The notes under the pieces were generated by a model. It was given only the letters and a program-made list of their open reading frames with translations. It was not told the DNA's origin and ran no database searches. DNA of 64,000 bases from Perna viridis (taxonomy: Eukaryota): NCBI GenBank assembly GCA_037379345.1, contig CM074511.1:64982862-65046861 (forward strand), read 5' to 3'. Numbering within the stretch: position 1 is the first letter of the stretch; the number at the start of each line of letters is the position of its first letter. Of this stretch, positions 41,421 through 53,000 are shown in pieces. Position numbers and translations under genes: made by a program.

Positions 41421-44238
41421 GTATTGATTATATATACATTGCATTTGGTCTTCAATCGAATATTGTCTACCAACGAGCCAAGTTTCAAAGGAAATGAGCA
41501 GATACCAGTATGTTAGATACACTGTTTTATCCTGCAACTACGGGTTTTCTATACAAATACAGTGTGTCGAATAAACAATTGCTGTATTGTCTAAATCGTT
41601 TTGCGATTCTTATACAAATAATAATTTTACGTGGTTTCATGGTGTAGGAAATAAAATAATCTTTCTAATGATACCAAATTAGTAGTACGGAGTGACACGT
41701 AACGAATTAAATTTGCTCGATATAATCAGTACAAAAGACAAGTCAGTATTTACAGGAAATCACAACTTTGTGAAGAAAATTCGGTTTCAACCAAACTAAC
41801 TACAATTATACTATCTAAATCAAAAATACCATGCTTAAAACAGATCGGAACCCGGGAGTCGAAGGCATCTTAAAAACTACAGCTATATAATAGCTACAGG
41901 GGTTTCCGAGATCAAACGAAGGTGTACTATGGACATCGTTTTTTCAGGTTTGTTCTTGGCAAAAAAATTATGAAAGATTTATGAAAGGTTTAAATGTTAT
42001 TGCTTAAAATTTGCCTTTTCCTACCAGCATGGATCCCGATATAGATAAACAAAAAATAATACACAAATCAATGCTATGTAGACGCTTATTAGGGGGGACA
42101 TTTTCTGATCTTGAAATTCATAAATCATGTAACACTGACAGAATTAAAGTGAACTTTACACAATTTTAAAAAAAATCAAATCATACATTTATGTTGGGCG
42201 TTCCAAATTTAAGTACACTCGTGAAACAATTAAGAAAGTGCAATGACCAATAACTATATACTTTAGAAAAGTATTAGTATACGTAAATCTCAATGCACTA
42301 ACTAAACCTTCAATGGAGATTGTTTTAGTATTGGTTATTAGTTTAAAACCTGTAGTCAAAGCAAAGTCATGCGGAACTTGTTCTTGTTTCAAAGTTTACA
42401 GAGGGAAAGAGTGAATGCTTAGCGACAGTAACGTTGAATTCATGTGATTTTTGTGATTTTAGTCATTTTCACATTTTAGCCAAGTAAGTAAATATTTGTC
42501 ATTATTTTTAGAACCTGTTGAAAAATCAAGAGATATTATCATAAATTTATATAGCAGATTTTATCACGTATTGATTTAAATTTTAATCAAATATGTTTAA
42601 AGAGCTGACTGCCTTATTTTTAGATTTTAAATCATCGAATATGATAAAAGATCAGTATAATAACAGTTAACATAATATCAGTATTAACAAGGCTGATGAC
42701 CGTAAAGTAGTCTACGTTAACATAATATTATCAGTAAAAGGACATTTTACTGTTGGGTTGTTGTCTCATGAGCTATTTCTTCAGAGGCGGATTCAGAATT
42801 TTTAAAGGGGTTCATTTTCTAGTTTTTGTCTAAATTTTGCACATTTTTTAGTTCCTTAAAAGGGGAGGGGACTTCAAACCTCCGCACCCCACCCCATGAA
42901 TCAACAACTGTTCCTTTTCCATTATGTATCAGCATTCAGTTCCATCATAAACGTAGGTTAAATGTATTAGTGATAGTCAGTGGCCTATTTTCCCTACTAG
43001 TGTTTTGTTGAAAACTATATTGAATATATACGCAAATGTACCAAGGCTATTTTTCGAACTGCACCTTAACTGCTCGATCGCCGAACAATAGATTTTCTGC
43101 GCCAATGATTAGAATGAATTCTATAGCTAAGCTAGTACACTAAACAAGAAAAGGAATTGTCACATCGTTCGAATTTCTTTTTACGTTATTAACTAATTTA
43201 TGAAAGGTTTAAATGTTATTGTTTAAAATCATATTGTGAGAAAACTAATAACATTGTATTTTCTTCTTTGTTTGTCAGCGCCCGGTGTAGTTTTCACTGA
43301 TCCATTTACTAAAAGCAGACAATTTCATATCATGTTTTTTTTTTCAACTTTGTCACCTATTCTTTGTACTGTATTCAGGTCGATCCCAGTTTTAACTTTT
43401 TAGGAAACAATATTTGATGGATATCAAACAAGCGACTTATCCGTTTCTCCATTTATGTAGTTCAGCTTTAGTCGCATATTTCGATTACGTTTTTCAACGA
43501 ATGGTTTAATCGTGTATTTTCTCTAATTATTTTAGAAAATGGACCGAAATATTGTATTTCGATAAAATCAAAATCAAGTTCCTTCCTGGCTGAGCCTCAA
43601 AGATGTTTATACAGGACTTTATCCACTTTAAAATATAAAAGCATCCTGTAAGTATATTAGTCCAGATTCTCAATTTGTTCTAATTCAGCATTACGACATT
43701 GATTTATTGATCATGTAATTTTTCAAAGGAGACATAAAGCAGAAATCATAATTTTATAATTCTTCAAAAATCAGAAGGATATAATACAATCCAATCATAG
43801 TACTTTCAGTTCTGTTTTCTACTGCACATGTAATGTACTACCTTCGTTTTTCTTCGTATATAAACAACAAAGATTCACAAAAAAAAAACGGTTATGATGA
43901 AACCAACAAATGCATGTACAAAAACATTAAATCTTAATTCAAATAAGTAATAACTTCCAGACTTCATCAAGTATGATTTGACACATCTTAAAGTAAGCTC
44001 CGATAGGCCTTGATAACAAAAGTAATAAAATTCAGGTAACAGGCTACTATAGCCAGTCCCAAATCAATGTGGAAGCCTTTCGTAGCACTGATAAGGGGGG
44101 AATATTTTGGTTGGTTTCTATTGCAAGCATATTGCGGCCTTAGCTTCTTGAAAAACATCGTAGATAAACAACGGAAGGATGATAATTCTTCAAAATCAAA
44201 CTAATAAGCAAAAAATGACACAAAATAATGACACAAAA

Positions 44239-44393
44239 ACCTATCAATGACCAACATCTCCTGACTGTGGGCAGGGACAGACCTATCAATGATCAACATC
44301 TGACTGTGGGCAGGGACAGACCTATCAAAGACCATCTCCTGACTGTTGGCAGGGACATACCTATCAATGACCAACATCTCCTGACTGTGGGCA
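44239..44393. repeat. ~39-bp tandem repeat, 4 copies
   Basis: ACCTATCAATGACCAACATCTCCTGACTGTGGGCAGGGACAG-type units. Confidence 0.85.
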
Positions 44394-45936
44394 CGAAATC
44401 GGCGGTTAGATTAAACTAGTTTCATCTCCCGTTAATTATAATGTAAGGTAAAAAAATATCTAAAACAACTCGTTTATTTGAATAAACATACCATAAAATT
44501 CACTCAGTAATAAACCCAATTCTCACTACGAAATACCTCAACACACACGATATAAACAAAATGAGATATCCACTTAAAGAATGCTAGCAGTTACTGAAAG
44601 TTAACTCAGAACATTAGAAACAATCGGTCATTATAAGTGGACAAGATTTGGAGAAGTAACAGGGACTGTATTCGGTCATACACCATTCCGCTAACAGGGA
44701 CTGTATTCGGTCATACACCTTTCCGTACTTATGAAAGTTAATAGGTAAACTAACACTCGTTTAAAAATGGATATCCGGGCAGCTCTGCAAAATAATATTA
44801 AGTAAATCGAAAGACATGCGAGTGTATTAAATAATTACAATAAAGAGAACGTCGAAAGTAATCATACTAACTTGCTTTAATGATAAAAAAACAAAAACAA
44901 AACTAGAGATGAAAAGGTTTATCCAATTCATGTTTCAAATTAACTGTGAAAAAAATCATTTTGGATCTTAATATCCCGTAGTTAAAAAATTACTTATGCT
45001 TCGGTAAATGTTAGAGTTGCTTCGGTCATTTAAACTGTTCAGCAAATAATGTGCTTTTTAAAGTCGTATTTGTACATTGAAACTTATATAAACAAATTTA
45101 ACTTGGTACATATTCGCAAAAGAAGTTCAATTAGTCGATAACTTAAGTTAGATATTGTGTATCAGTTGTAACTCTTTTCTATTGAAACATCAACATGAAG
45201 GATAATTTAAGTCTCAGACTGACCTTACATGTAAAATGCGATTTTAGAACAGGTAAGGTTTTATATCATAAATACAAATTTTATTTGTCTTGTTTTTGTA
45301 AGTGCGTGTACCATTTATGTCCCTCGTTTGTATTATTTTCAAAATTTAACAGGGCAACAACTGTCAACCAAGAGTTCATGCTTAATGTACATACAAGTAT
45401 GTTATGTTTGACACTTTTCATTTTGATAAAGAAACTGTTTGATCTTACAAGACATCAGTAAACACATGTACAGGACTCATGCCACACCTTTTGTCTAATA
45501 TTTGAAGAAAACCCATCAATTACTGAATAGCAACAAAAAAATCACTTTTGACGATAGATAGCGTTATTTTATTCTTCTCTTCAAAAACTAAAACTAGCCC
45601 ATTAAAAACAAACTAGATCTAGTAATCATTGAAGATGCCAGAACGTAATAAGAGCTCGTTTTAATTAGATTAACCAAGACTGCTGTTCACTACCAAAAGT
45701 ACGTAGTCCATTTTCTTTGGCTCTTCTCAAGCATTCTGTGTTCAAAATGTTTAAGAGTTCAAATAAGGGTAGGGAAGAATATTACGAGACGAAAGTACAC
45801 AAATACAAGTACATGTAGTTAATTTAATAGTATTTTCAAAGGAACCGTTTTAGTATAATAAAAATCTCTCGTTCCTTTTAGGGTGTGGCAAAATGGAAAC
45901 GATAATTTCGAGGAAAATGATTATGACTATGTAGAA

Positions 45937-47703
45937 ATGTCAGAGAGGCCTTCGATCAGCAATGCCAACGCGTGGTTGGGACCGAGAAGCACAACTCAAA
46001 TTAGGACAGACTATCATTCGAGCAGACCTCTTTCGTCAAAGAAGAGAGTAGTTCATTTGCCAAATACCATACCAGGAACAAAATATACCGAATACACATT
46101 TGGCAATTCCAATTCAGGAAATTCAAAAGGGCCTATATTGTTCGATAGTCCGCATGTAGCCAGAGTATCTAGTCATCCAGGAGTAACATTTCCAAAACTA
46201 CAAGGGACTCATATTTCAAGCGCTAAATCCAATGAAAACAAACACTCTGCAAAAGAAAAGACAGTGCCGTCAACCCCTTTAGAAAAGCTAAGGATAGAAA
46301 ATAGACAAAACACGTCTGAAAGTATTATAAATAGGATTCTTACCCATGCCGAGCGATGCCGAACACGTGACACTATCAGAAAAGGATCTCCACGGACAGG
46401 TTTGACAAATGATAACTGCTTCGACTACATTGTCATCAAGTCCTTCACCAACAAAAAAGCAGAAATGCGCCACGCAATTAATAAAATAATACTAAGTAGC
46501 AAGAAGAAAGCACCGCTGCCAATATCTCCGCATTTATCAGAAAATATATTAAGACAAGCCTCTCCATATTCACGAACAACTTGCTCATCACGGGGTACTG
46601 ACAGTTCATCTGGGCGCCAATCCGCTAAACAGGAGCGAAGAGTATTTGCAAATAGCGCTTTATCAAAGTATGACTCATGTAATAGCTTGAATAGTTTCCA
46701 CAGGCACAATAGTAGTCTGAAAAACTGTTACAACAGCGATCGGCATGGATTTTCAGATTCGGCTAACAGCAATTGTAGAAAGACTGACAGAAGTAAATCA
46801 GGAACAAACAATAGTCTTAAACAAAAAGATCGGTCATTCACACAGCCGATTTTACCGAAACTCATTACTGGAAACCCGTCCTGTATGTTCAGATTGAACG
46901 GCCCGATTTTGCTAAGTGCTCCACATGGTCTCAAAATTTGGCGCGGTGGAACAGACGGTCGCAGGAGAAGAATTCACTATCGCGAGATTTATGTCACTGA
47001 AATAGTCATAAAATTAGCTATGGAAATTAACAAATACGCGGGATATCCAGCAAGTTTTATTATATGGGACAGAAAAGTAGCTATGCCAGCGGATTTCAGA
47101 AACTTAGATCCTAATTATTTGACAGAAAAACAATTCCCACAATCACCTTGGCACGAAGCGCTAGAACGGTTTAAAGCACATGGACAGGACAATAAAATGC
47201 CGATACTACATATAGATGTTCATGGAAAGAAAGACAGGAAAAATAATATGGACATTGATGCTGGTTTTCGTGCAATGGAAACGCGTTGGCCAGACAAGAA
47301 GTTCGTTGAAGGATTTAAGGAAACCACACATAAAGCATTCACGAAAGTGTTCAGTGACCCATCTTATGAAAAACGAGGGATGAAGTATGCCATAAATGTC
47401 GATCCCCTTTTATGTGGAGATTGGGGTGGGGATTTATACACGATGACTTGCCAGTCTGTTTGTTTAGGGGTGCCGTCATTTCAATTGGAAATTCCACGAA
47501 CAGTAAGAGCTCGTTTAGTTGAAGACGATGACTTTACTTCAAAGTTTGCTAAAGCAATAATAGATATATACGCAATATGTATACAGAAAGACGCAAAGCT
47601 ACCTTCTGTGAAGGGCAGCGATGTATCGTCAAATACTTTCCTTCAGAAAATTTACAACGACCATCTAAAAATCGAAAAAGCATTTCCAGAAAAGCAGATA
47701 TAA
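45937..47703 (+). CDS. Uncharacterised protein: Ser/Arg-rich N-terminus + C-terminal zinc hydrolase domain (N-formylglutamate amidohydrolase / poly-gamma-glutamate hydrolase-like)
   Basis: 1.8-kb uninterrupted ORF behind an acceptor at 45881 (TTCCTTTTAG); first in-frame ATG 45937. Motifs ILLSAPHG, RE, LHIDVHG, FQLEI match the PH...E...DxH...QxE pattern of this fold. Probable upstream exon ending at 45252 (AG|GTAAGG). Family assignment is motif-based. Confidence 0.7.
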   Translation: MSERPSISNANAWLGPRSTTQIRTDYHSSRPLSSKKRVVHLPNTIPGTKYTEYTFGNSNSGNSKGPILFDSPHVARVSSHPGVTFPKLQGTHISSAKSNENKHSAKEKTVPSTPLEKLRIENRQNTSESIINRILTHAERCRTRDTIRKGSPRTGLTNDNCFDYIVIKSFTNKKAEMRHAINKIILSSKKKAPLPISPHLSENILRQASPYSRTTCSSRGTDSSSGRQSAKQERRVFANSALSKYDSCNSLNSFHRHNSSLKNCYNSDRHGFSDSANSNCRKTDRSKSGTNNSLKQKDRSFTQPILPKLITGNPSCMFRLNGPILLSAPHGLKIWRGGTDGRRRRIHYREIYVTEIVIKLAMEINKYAGYPASFIIWDRKVAMPADFRNLDPNYLTEKQFPQSPWHEALERFKAHGQDNKMPILHIDVHGKKDRKNNMDIDAGFRAMETRWPDKKFVEGFKETTHKAFTKVFSDPSYEKRGMKYAINVDPLLCGDWGGDLYTMTCQSVCLGVPSFQLEIPRTVRARLVEDDDFTSKFAKAIIDIYAICIQKDAKLPSVKGSDVSSNTFLQKIYNDHLKIEKAFPEKQI

Positions 47704-48243
47704 AAACTCATTGTATAATTATTCTTGTTGTATAAGGCAATTCATAATTAGTTATCGCAAGTTGGTAAAGACTGAGAAACCTACATTGTTTGTGTGCCTA
47801 GATAAGCATGAAAATAACTACTTCAAAAATGATGAAACTGAAAACAAATTGATGGCTTTTACAAGTGAATCGAGGTCAAGGAATAACATTTATAAGAAAA
47901 AAATAATAACTTTTCTTAATCCAAATGCCTGTGTGTGTATCAACAACTGAAACTCTTCCGACATATGACTAAATAAAAACTACATCTCTTAGAATAAAAA
48001 TACATCTCAATTTGAGTATTTCGGCATTTTCTCAACTCCTTCCTCAACTGAAATTCCAGCATTGAGAACCCCGCGATTTGGTGAAAATCTTAATTTGAGA
48101 TGTTTTAGATATGATAACTAAACAGGGCGGGTCTGATATCTTTAAAAATGGGTTACGGTAAAAAAAAAAGCGGTTTCTTGCTATCGTTTGTCACTTTTGT
48201 CCAAATTTTGCTCTTACCAACAGAAGAAAAGGTTCAAACCTCA

Positions 48244-48460
48244 GGAAAGAGTAATCAAGGGAACCAAGATTCTAGCGGAAATCAAAAGAATGTAATCCAG
48301 GGACAAAGACTAGACATGGAAAACAGACAAACACAACAGAGAACACAAAATAACTAGAATAATACAAACAAAGTAACAAAAGTAAATGAGCAACTCGGAC
48401 TCCACTAAAAACTGGGAGCATGGACCACGTGCACCGGTAGGGTAAGCTTCCTCTGCTTTA
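48244..48460 (-). mobile_element. 3'-end remnant of the same Penelope-like family
   Basis: Similar to 19367..19570 (CTCCACTAAAAACTGGGAGCATG..GCACCGGTAGGGTAAGC on the + strand). Confidence 0.7.
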
Positions 48461-50077
48461 ACCCTCAACCTATATCTGGACATTGTAAAACCGACGCCCA
48501 AAATCATGAAAACAATGTTCAGCAAAATAGGGCTTATATATGAGTAAATAGCAAATTATCGTCTAGTGCCGGTCTTTACAAAGCACATAATTAACTTCAT
48601 ACAAAAACACGCATGTACATTGTATGTATTCTTTCTAAATGAACAATTTCGTAAAATGTCAAATAAATGATTTTAATAAATATTTAACATGCAATGTCAC
48701 TGCCATGCTTAACAAAGGTAAACAAAAGGCGATGGCATCTACATGTATGAACACCCAAGTTACTATGAAATACAGTAAAATCTTATTAAAATAATAAAAT
48801 TTTATTAAGGCCATGTAATTCTCATCCAACCTTCACAAAAAATATGGGGAGGGTGGGAGAATTTTTATTTTTTATTTCTTACTAGATATTTGCTAGCCTA
48901 ATATTAATTCGTTGACATATACATGTAGATATGTTCTAAATCCATAGCCACACCAGTTTCAGAGAAAAACATCGTTTTGTCATTAAGAAATGAAAGATTT
49001 GTGTGTTATAGCATCTCAATACTAGAAACTAATGCAAAGAAAATCTTGATTTTGAAATTCCCACCCCAAATGAGGACTGGCACCTTGCAGTAAAATTTAT
49101 ACGAGACCCATTCATTTTCACTCAAGTTAAAGTTAAAGTCATAACCCCAAAGTCAATCTCACCCTTCCTTTGGTTCCTGGCCCCCTTTTTTGGCCCCTAA
49201 TTTCTAAAATGTTCGTATTTATCCCTAAAACCAATACCATTGTGGCATAAAATATCAAAGACATTCCTATACATTTACTGGAGTTATATAGTTAAATTAA
49301 ATGCATTTTGTGGTTCTTAATTCTAAAATGGTTGGGGTCATAACCCCAAAAATCAATACAAACCTTCCTTTTGTAGTTTGAAACATTGTCTTAAAATTCT
49401 ATTACAATTAACCACTAATATTCAAGTAATTGCATCAAGTATATAACACACACGACAACATGGATGACAACAACGAATTCAGCATCATACCATTATATCA
49501 CTACAAATTTTTTGTGGTCCTATAAAACATGCAGGAATTTCTAGGAAAGCTACAAGCTGTCCTTACTTCAATGCAACATCCAGTTCATGATTCAAGCTTT
49601 TTTGTAGTCCCAGTTGTGCATTGACTTTATACACATGATTTCTTTTGGTTTATGTTTACAGCTCTATTTCTTCTGTTTTATTTGAATTTTTAACTTGCTG
49701 AAAATGAGATTTGACTTTCATATGTTTTTTTTTTCATTAAAAGTAACAGTTGTAACATATCCATATATTATCATAATTGAAGGATACTATACCCATATAA
49801 ATAGGGAACGACATCTAACAAACAGTTTTTTACCTGTATGTAAATGTATAATGTTGGACTAATTTTCTATAACAAAGTTTATCATTTGCACGAAATTAAC
49901 AAAATTTTTCAACAAAAGGGGATATCCAATCCCATAACCCTACCCCACCCCCCATTGAATCTGCCACTGAAGTCAATTGTCACAGTCTTACTGTCCATAA
50001 TGCTACAACACTAGTTCCTTTCATATCAATTCATATTGAATACAATGTATTTACAAATAGTACATATACTGTAAGCA

Positions 50078-53000
50078 TCAAGATGATAAAGATTTCAAAA
50101 ACTCTTCAGCTTTTTCAGTTGACCATCCAAACATTAAAGGAGATTTCACAGTCTGTATATATTTTGTCAAAAAGTCTTTTCCAATTGCTTTAGCATCAAA
50201 GTCATTAGCAGTTCGATCTGCCTTTTCACAATACCAGTAGCACATTTCACCAGCATACATCATGCCTAATAGGTGTGTGTCACTGTATATTCCTGAAAAT
50301 AATCGGTATCACACATTATACATGTACACGTAAATTTTAGTTATTTTGGGTATAATAAAATGTGATGCATATTAAATGATAATACTGAAATAGCAATATA
50401 AATAACAGTATTTAATATTAATTCAAACATTTCATATTTTTAGGATTGTTTCAAATTTCACAAATAATGCAAGTAAACTGCCACAAACCAGGTTATTTCA
50501 TATAGGCAGTTAAAAAGTTTTAAAACATTCTTCTATAATTTAATTTCAAATGGATTCGCCCCGTGCAGGTCCGGGTGTTAAAAGAATAGGCCTGCAGCAG
50601 CGCTAAGCTTGTCGTATAAGGCGACTAAATAGTGCTCAGAAACCTAGCCGGGGGCTAGGCGCTCTGCCCACAGAGCAACTGGGATGTGTGCCCCAGGTGG
50701 TGGAATGGGGTACCCCTGGCATGTTACATGCTGGGGTTGTCAGGCTATAATACGGAAAACCTGACCGCAAACCATAGTGGTGCACTGTGTTGGGAAAGAT
50801 GCCACGTTCCTCGCACGTTAAAGAACCCTGCTGTGGTATTCGATAGGAGTAGGAACTACTGCGCTCCGCCACAGGAGGCTAAATTGCCCGACCTTACCCA
50901 TCCCTTCCTTTTTCTAGTGGCAATCAAAATTTGTCGACCTTACTGTCCTTGTGTCCCATCCCATTTTTCATTTCATCATTTCATGTTCATTTTATCAACC
51001 ATTTCATGATCATCGTCTGAATATAGCTGAAATATTGCTGCTCGGACGTTAAACCCCAACAATCAATCAATCAATCAAATGGATTCCAATTCAAATATCA
51101 ATTATTGATCTGTAATGAAGACATTGTTTTGTTTAGGATTATTTGAAATGCAGAGTGTGGACTAGTCAACGTTAATGATGTCACAAAGCAAAGTTGGCTG
51201 GCATGAAGAAAACTAATCAATCAGAAAGCTTGTTACAAATCAAACTGAATTATACATGTACAATGTATTTGCATAACTGAATGTTCACATGATTTAAAAT
51301 TATCTAATATAAACATCTCAAAGATCAAACTTAGTAAGCAAGAGCCACTGATTTTAAATAATATGCACATGAGATATGTAAGACAATAGAAACACTTTTA
51401 CATCATTGGAATATTTACATATGATTGTCTATAACTTCACTGAGATAAAGGAAACCTTGGAAAGTTTAAATATTTGTTGATTCAGCATAAAAACAAAGAA
51501 TCAGTCTTTACTTAATGAGTAGAAAAAATAATTTTACATCAAAATAAAACATCAACTATACACAAGTGAAACAATGTAACCATTGACCTACCCATATTAG
51601 CTAACCATCTACCTACCAATATTAGCTACAATAACCATTGACCTACTCATATTAGCTAACCACTGACCTACCCATATTATCTACAATAACCATTGACCTA
51701 CCCATATTATCTACAATAACCACTGACCTACTCATATTAGCTACAATAACCATTGACCTACTCATATTAGCTAACCATTTACCTACCCATATTAGCTACA
51801 ATAACCATTGACCTACCCATATTAGCTACAATAACCATTGACCTACTCATATTAGCTACAATAACCACTGAGCAACCCATATTAGCTACAATAACCATTG
51901 ACCTACTCATATTATCTACAATAACCATTGACCTACCCATATTAGCTACAATTACCATTGACCTACCCATATTATCTACAATAACCATTAACCTACCCAT
52001 ATTAGCTACAATTACCATTGACCTACCCATATTAGCTAACCATTTACCTACCCATATTAGCTACAATAACCATTGACCTACCCATATTAGCTAACCATTT
52101 ACCTACCCATATTAGCTACAATAACCATTGACCTACCCATTTATCTACAATAACCATTGACCTACTCATATTAGCTACAATAACCTCTGAGCAACCCATA
52201 TTAGCTACAATAACCATTGACCTACTCATATTAGCTAACCATCTACCTACCCATATTAGCTACAATAACCATTGACCTACCCATATTATCTACAATAACC
52301 ACTGACCTACTCATATTAGCTACAATAACCATTGACCTACCCATATTAGCTACAATAACCATTGACCTACCCATATTAGCTACAATAACCATTGACCTAC
52401 TCATATTAGCTACAATAACCACTGAGCAACCCATATTAGCTACAATAACCATTGACCTACTCATATTAGCTAACCATTGACCTACCCATATTAGCTACAA
52501 TAACCATTGACCTACCCATATTATCTACAATAACCACTGACCTACTCATATTAGCTACAATAACCACTGAGCAACCCATATTAGCTACAATAACCATTGA
52601 CCTACTCATATTAGCTAACCATTGACCTACCCATATTAGCTACAATAACCATTGACCTACCCATATTATCTACAATAACCACTGACCTACTCATATTAGC
52701 TACAATAACCACTGAGCAACCCATATTAGCTACAATAACCATTGACCTACTCATATTAGCTAACCATTGACCTACCCATATTAGCTACAATAACCATTGA
52801 CCTACCCATATTATCTACAATAACCACTGACCTACTCATATTAGCTACAATAACCACTGAGCAACCCATATTAGCTACAATAACCATTGACCTACTCATA
52901 TTAGCTAACCATCTACCTACCCATATTAGCTACAAGCTTGTTACAAATCAAACTGAATTATACATGTACAATGTATTTGCATAACTGAATGTTCACATGA

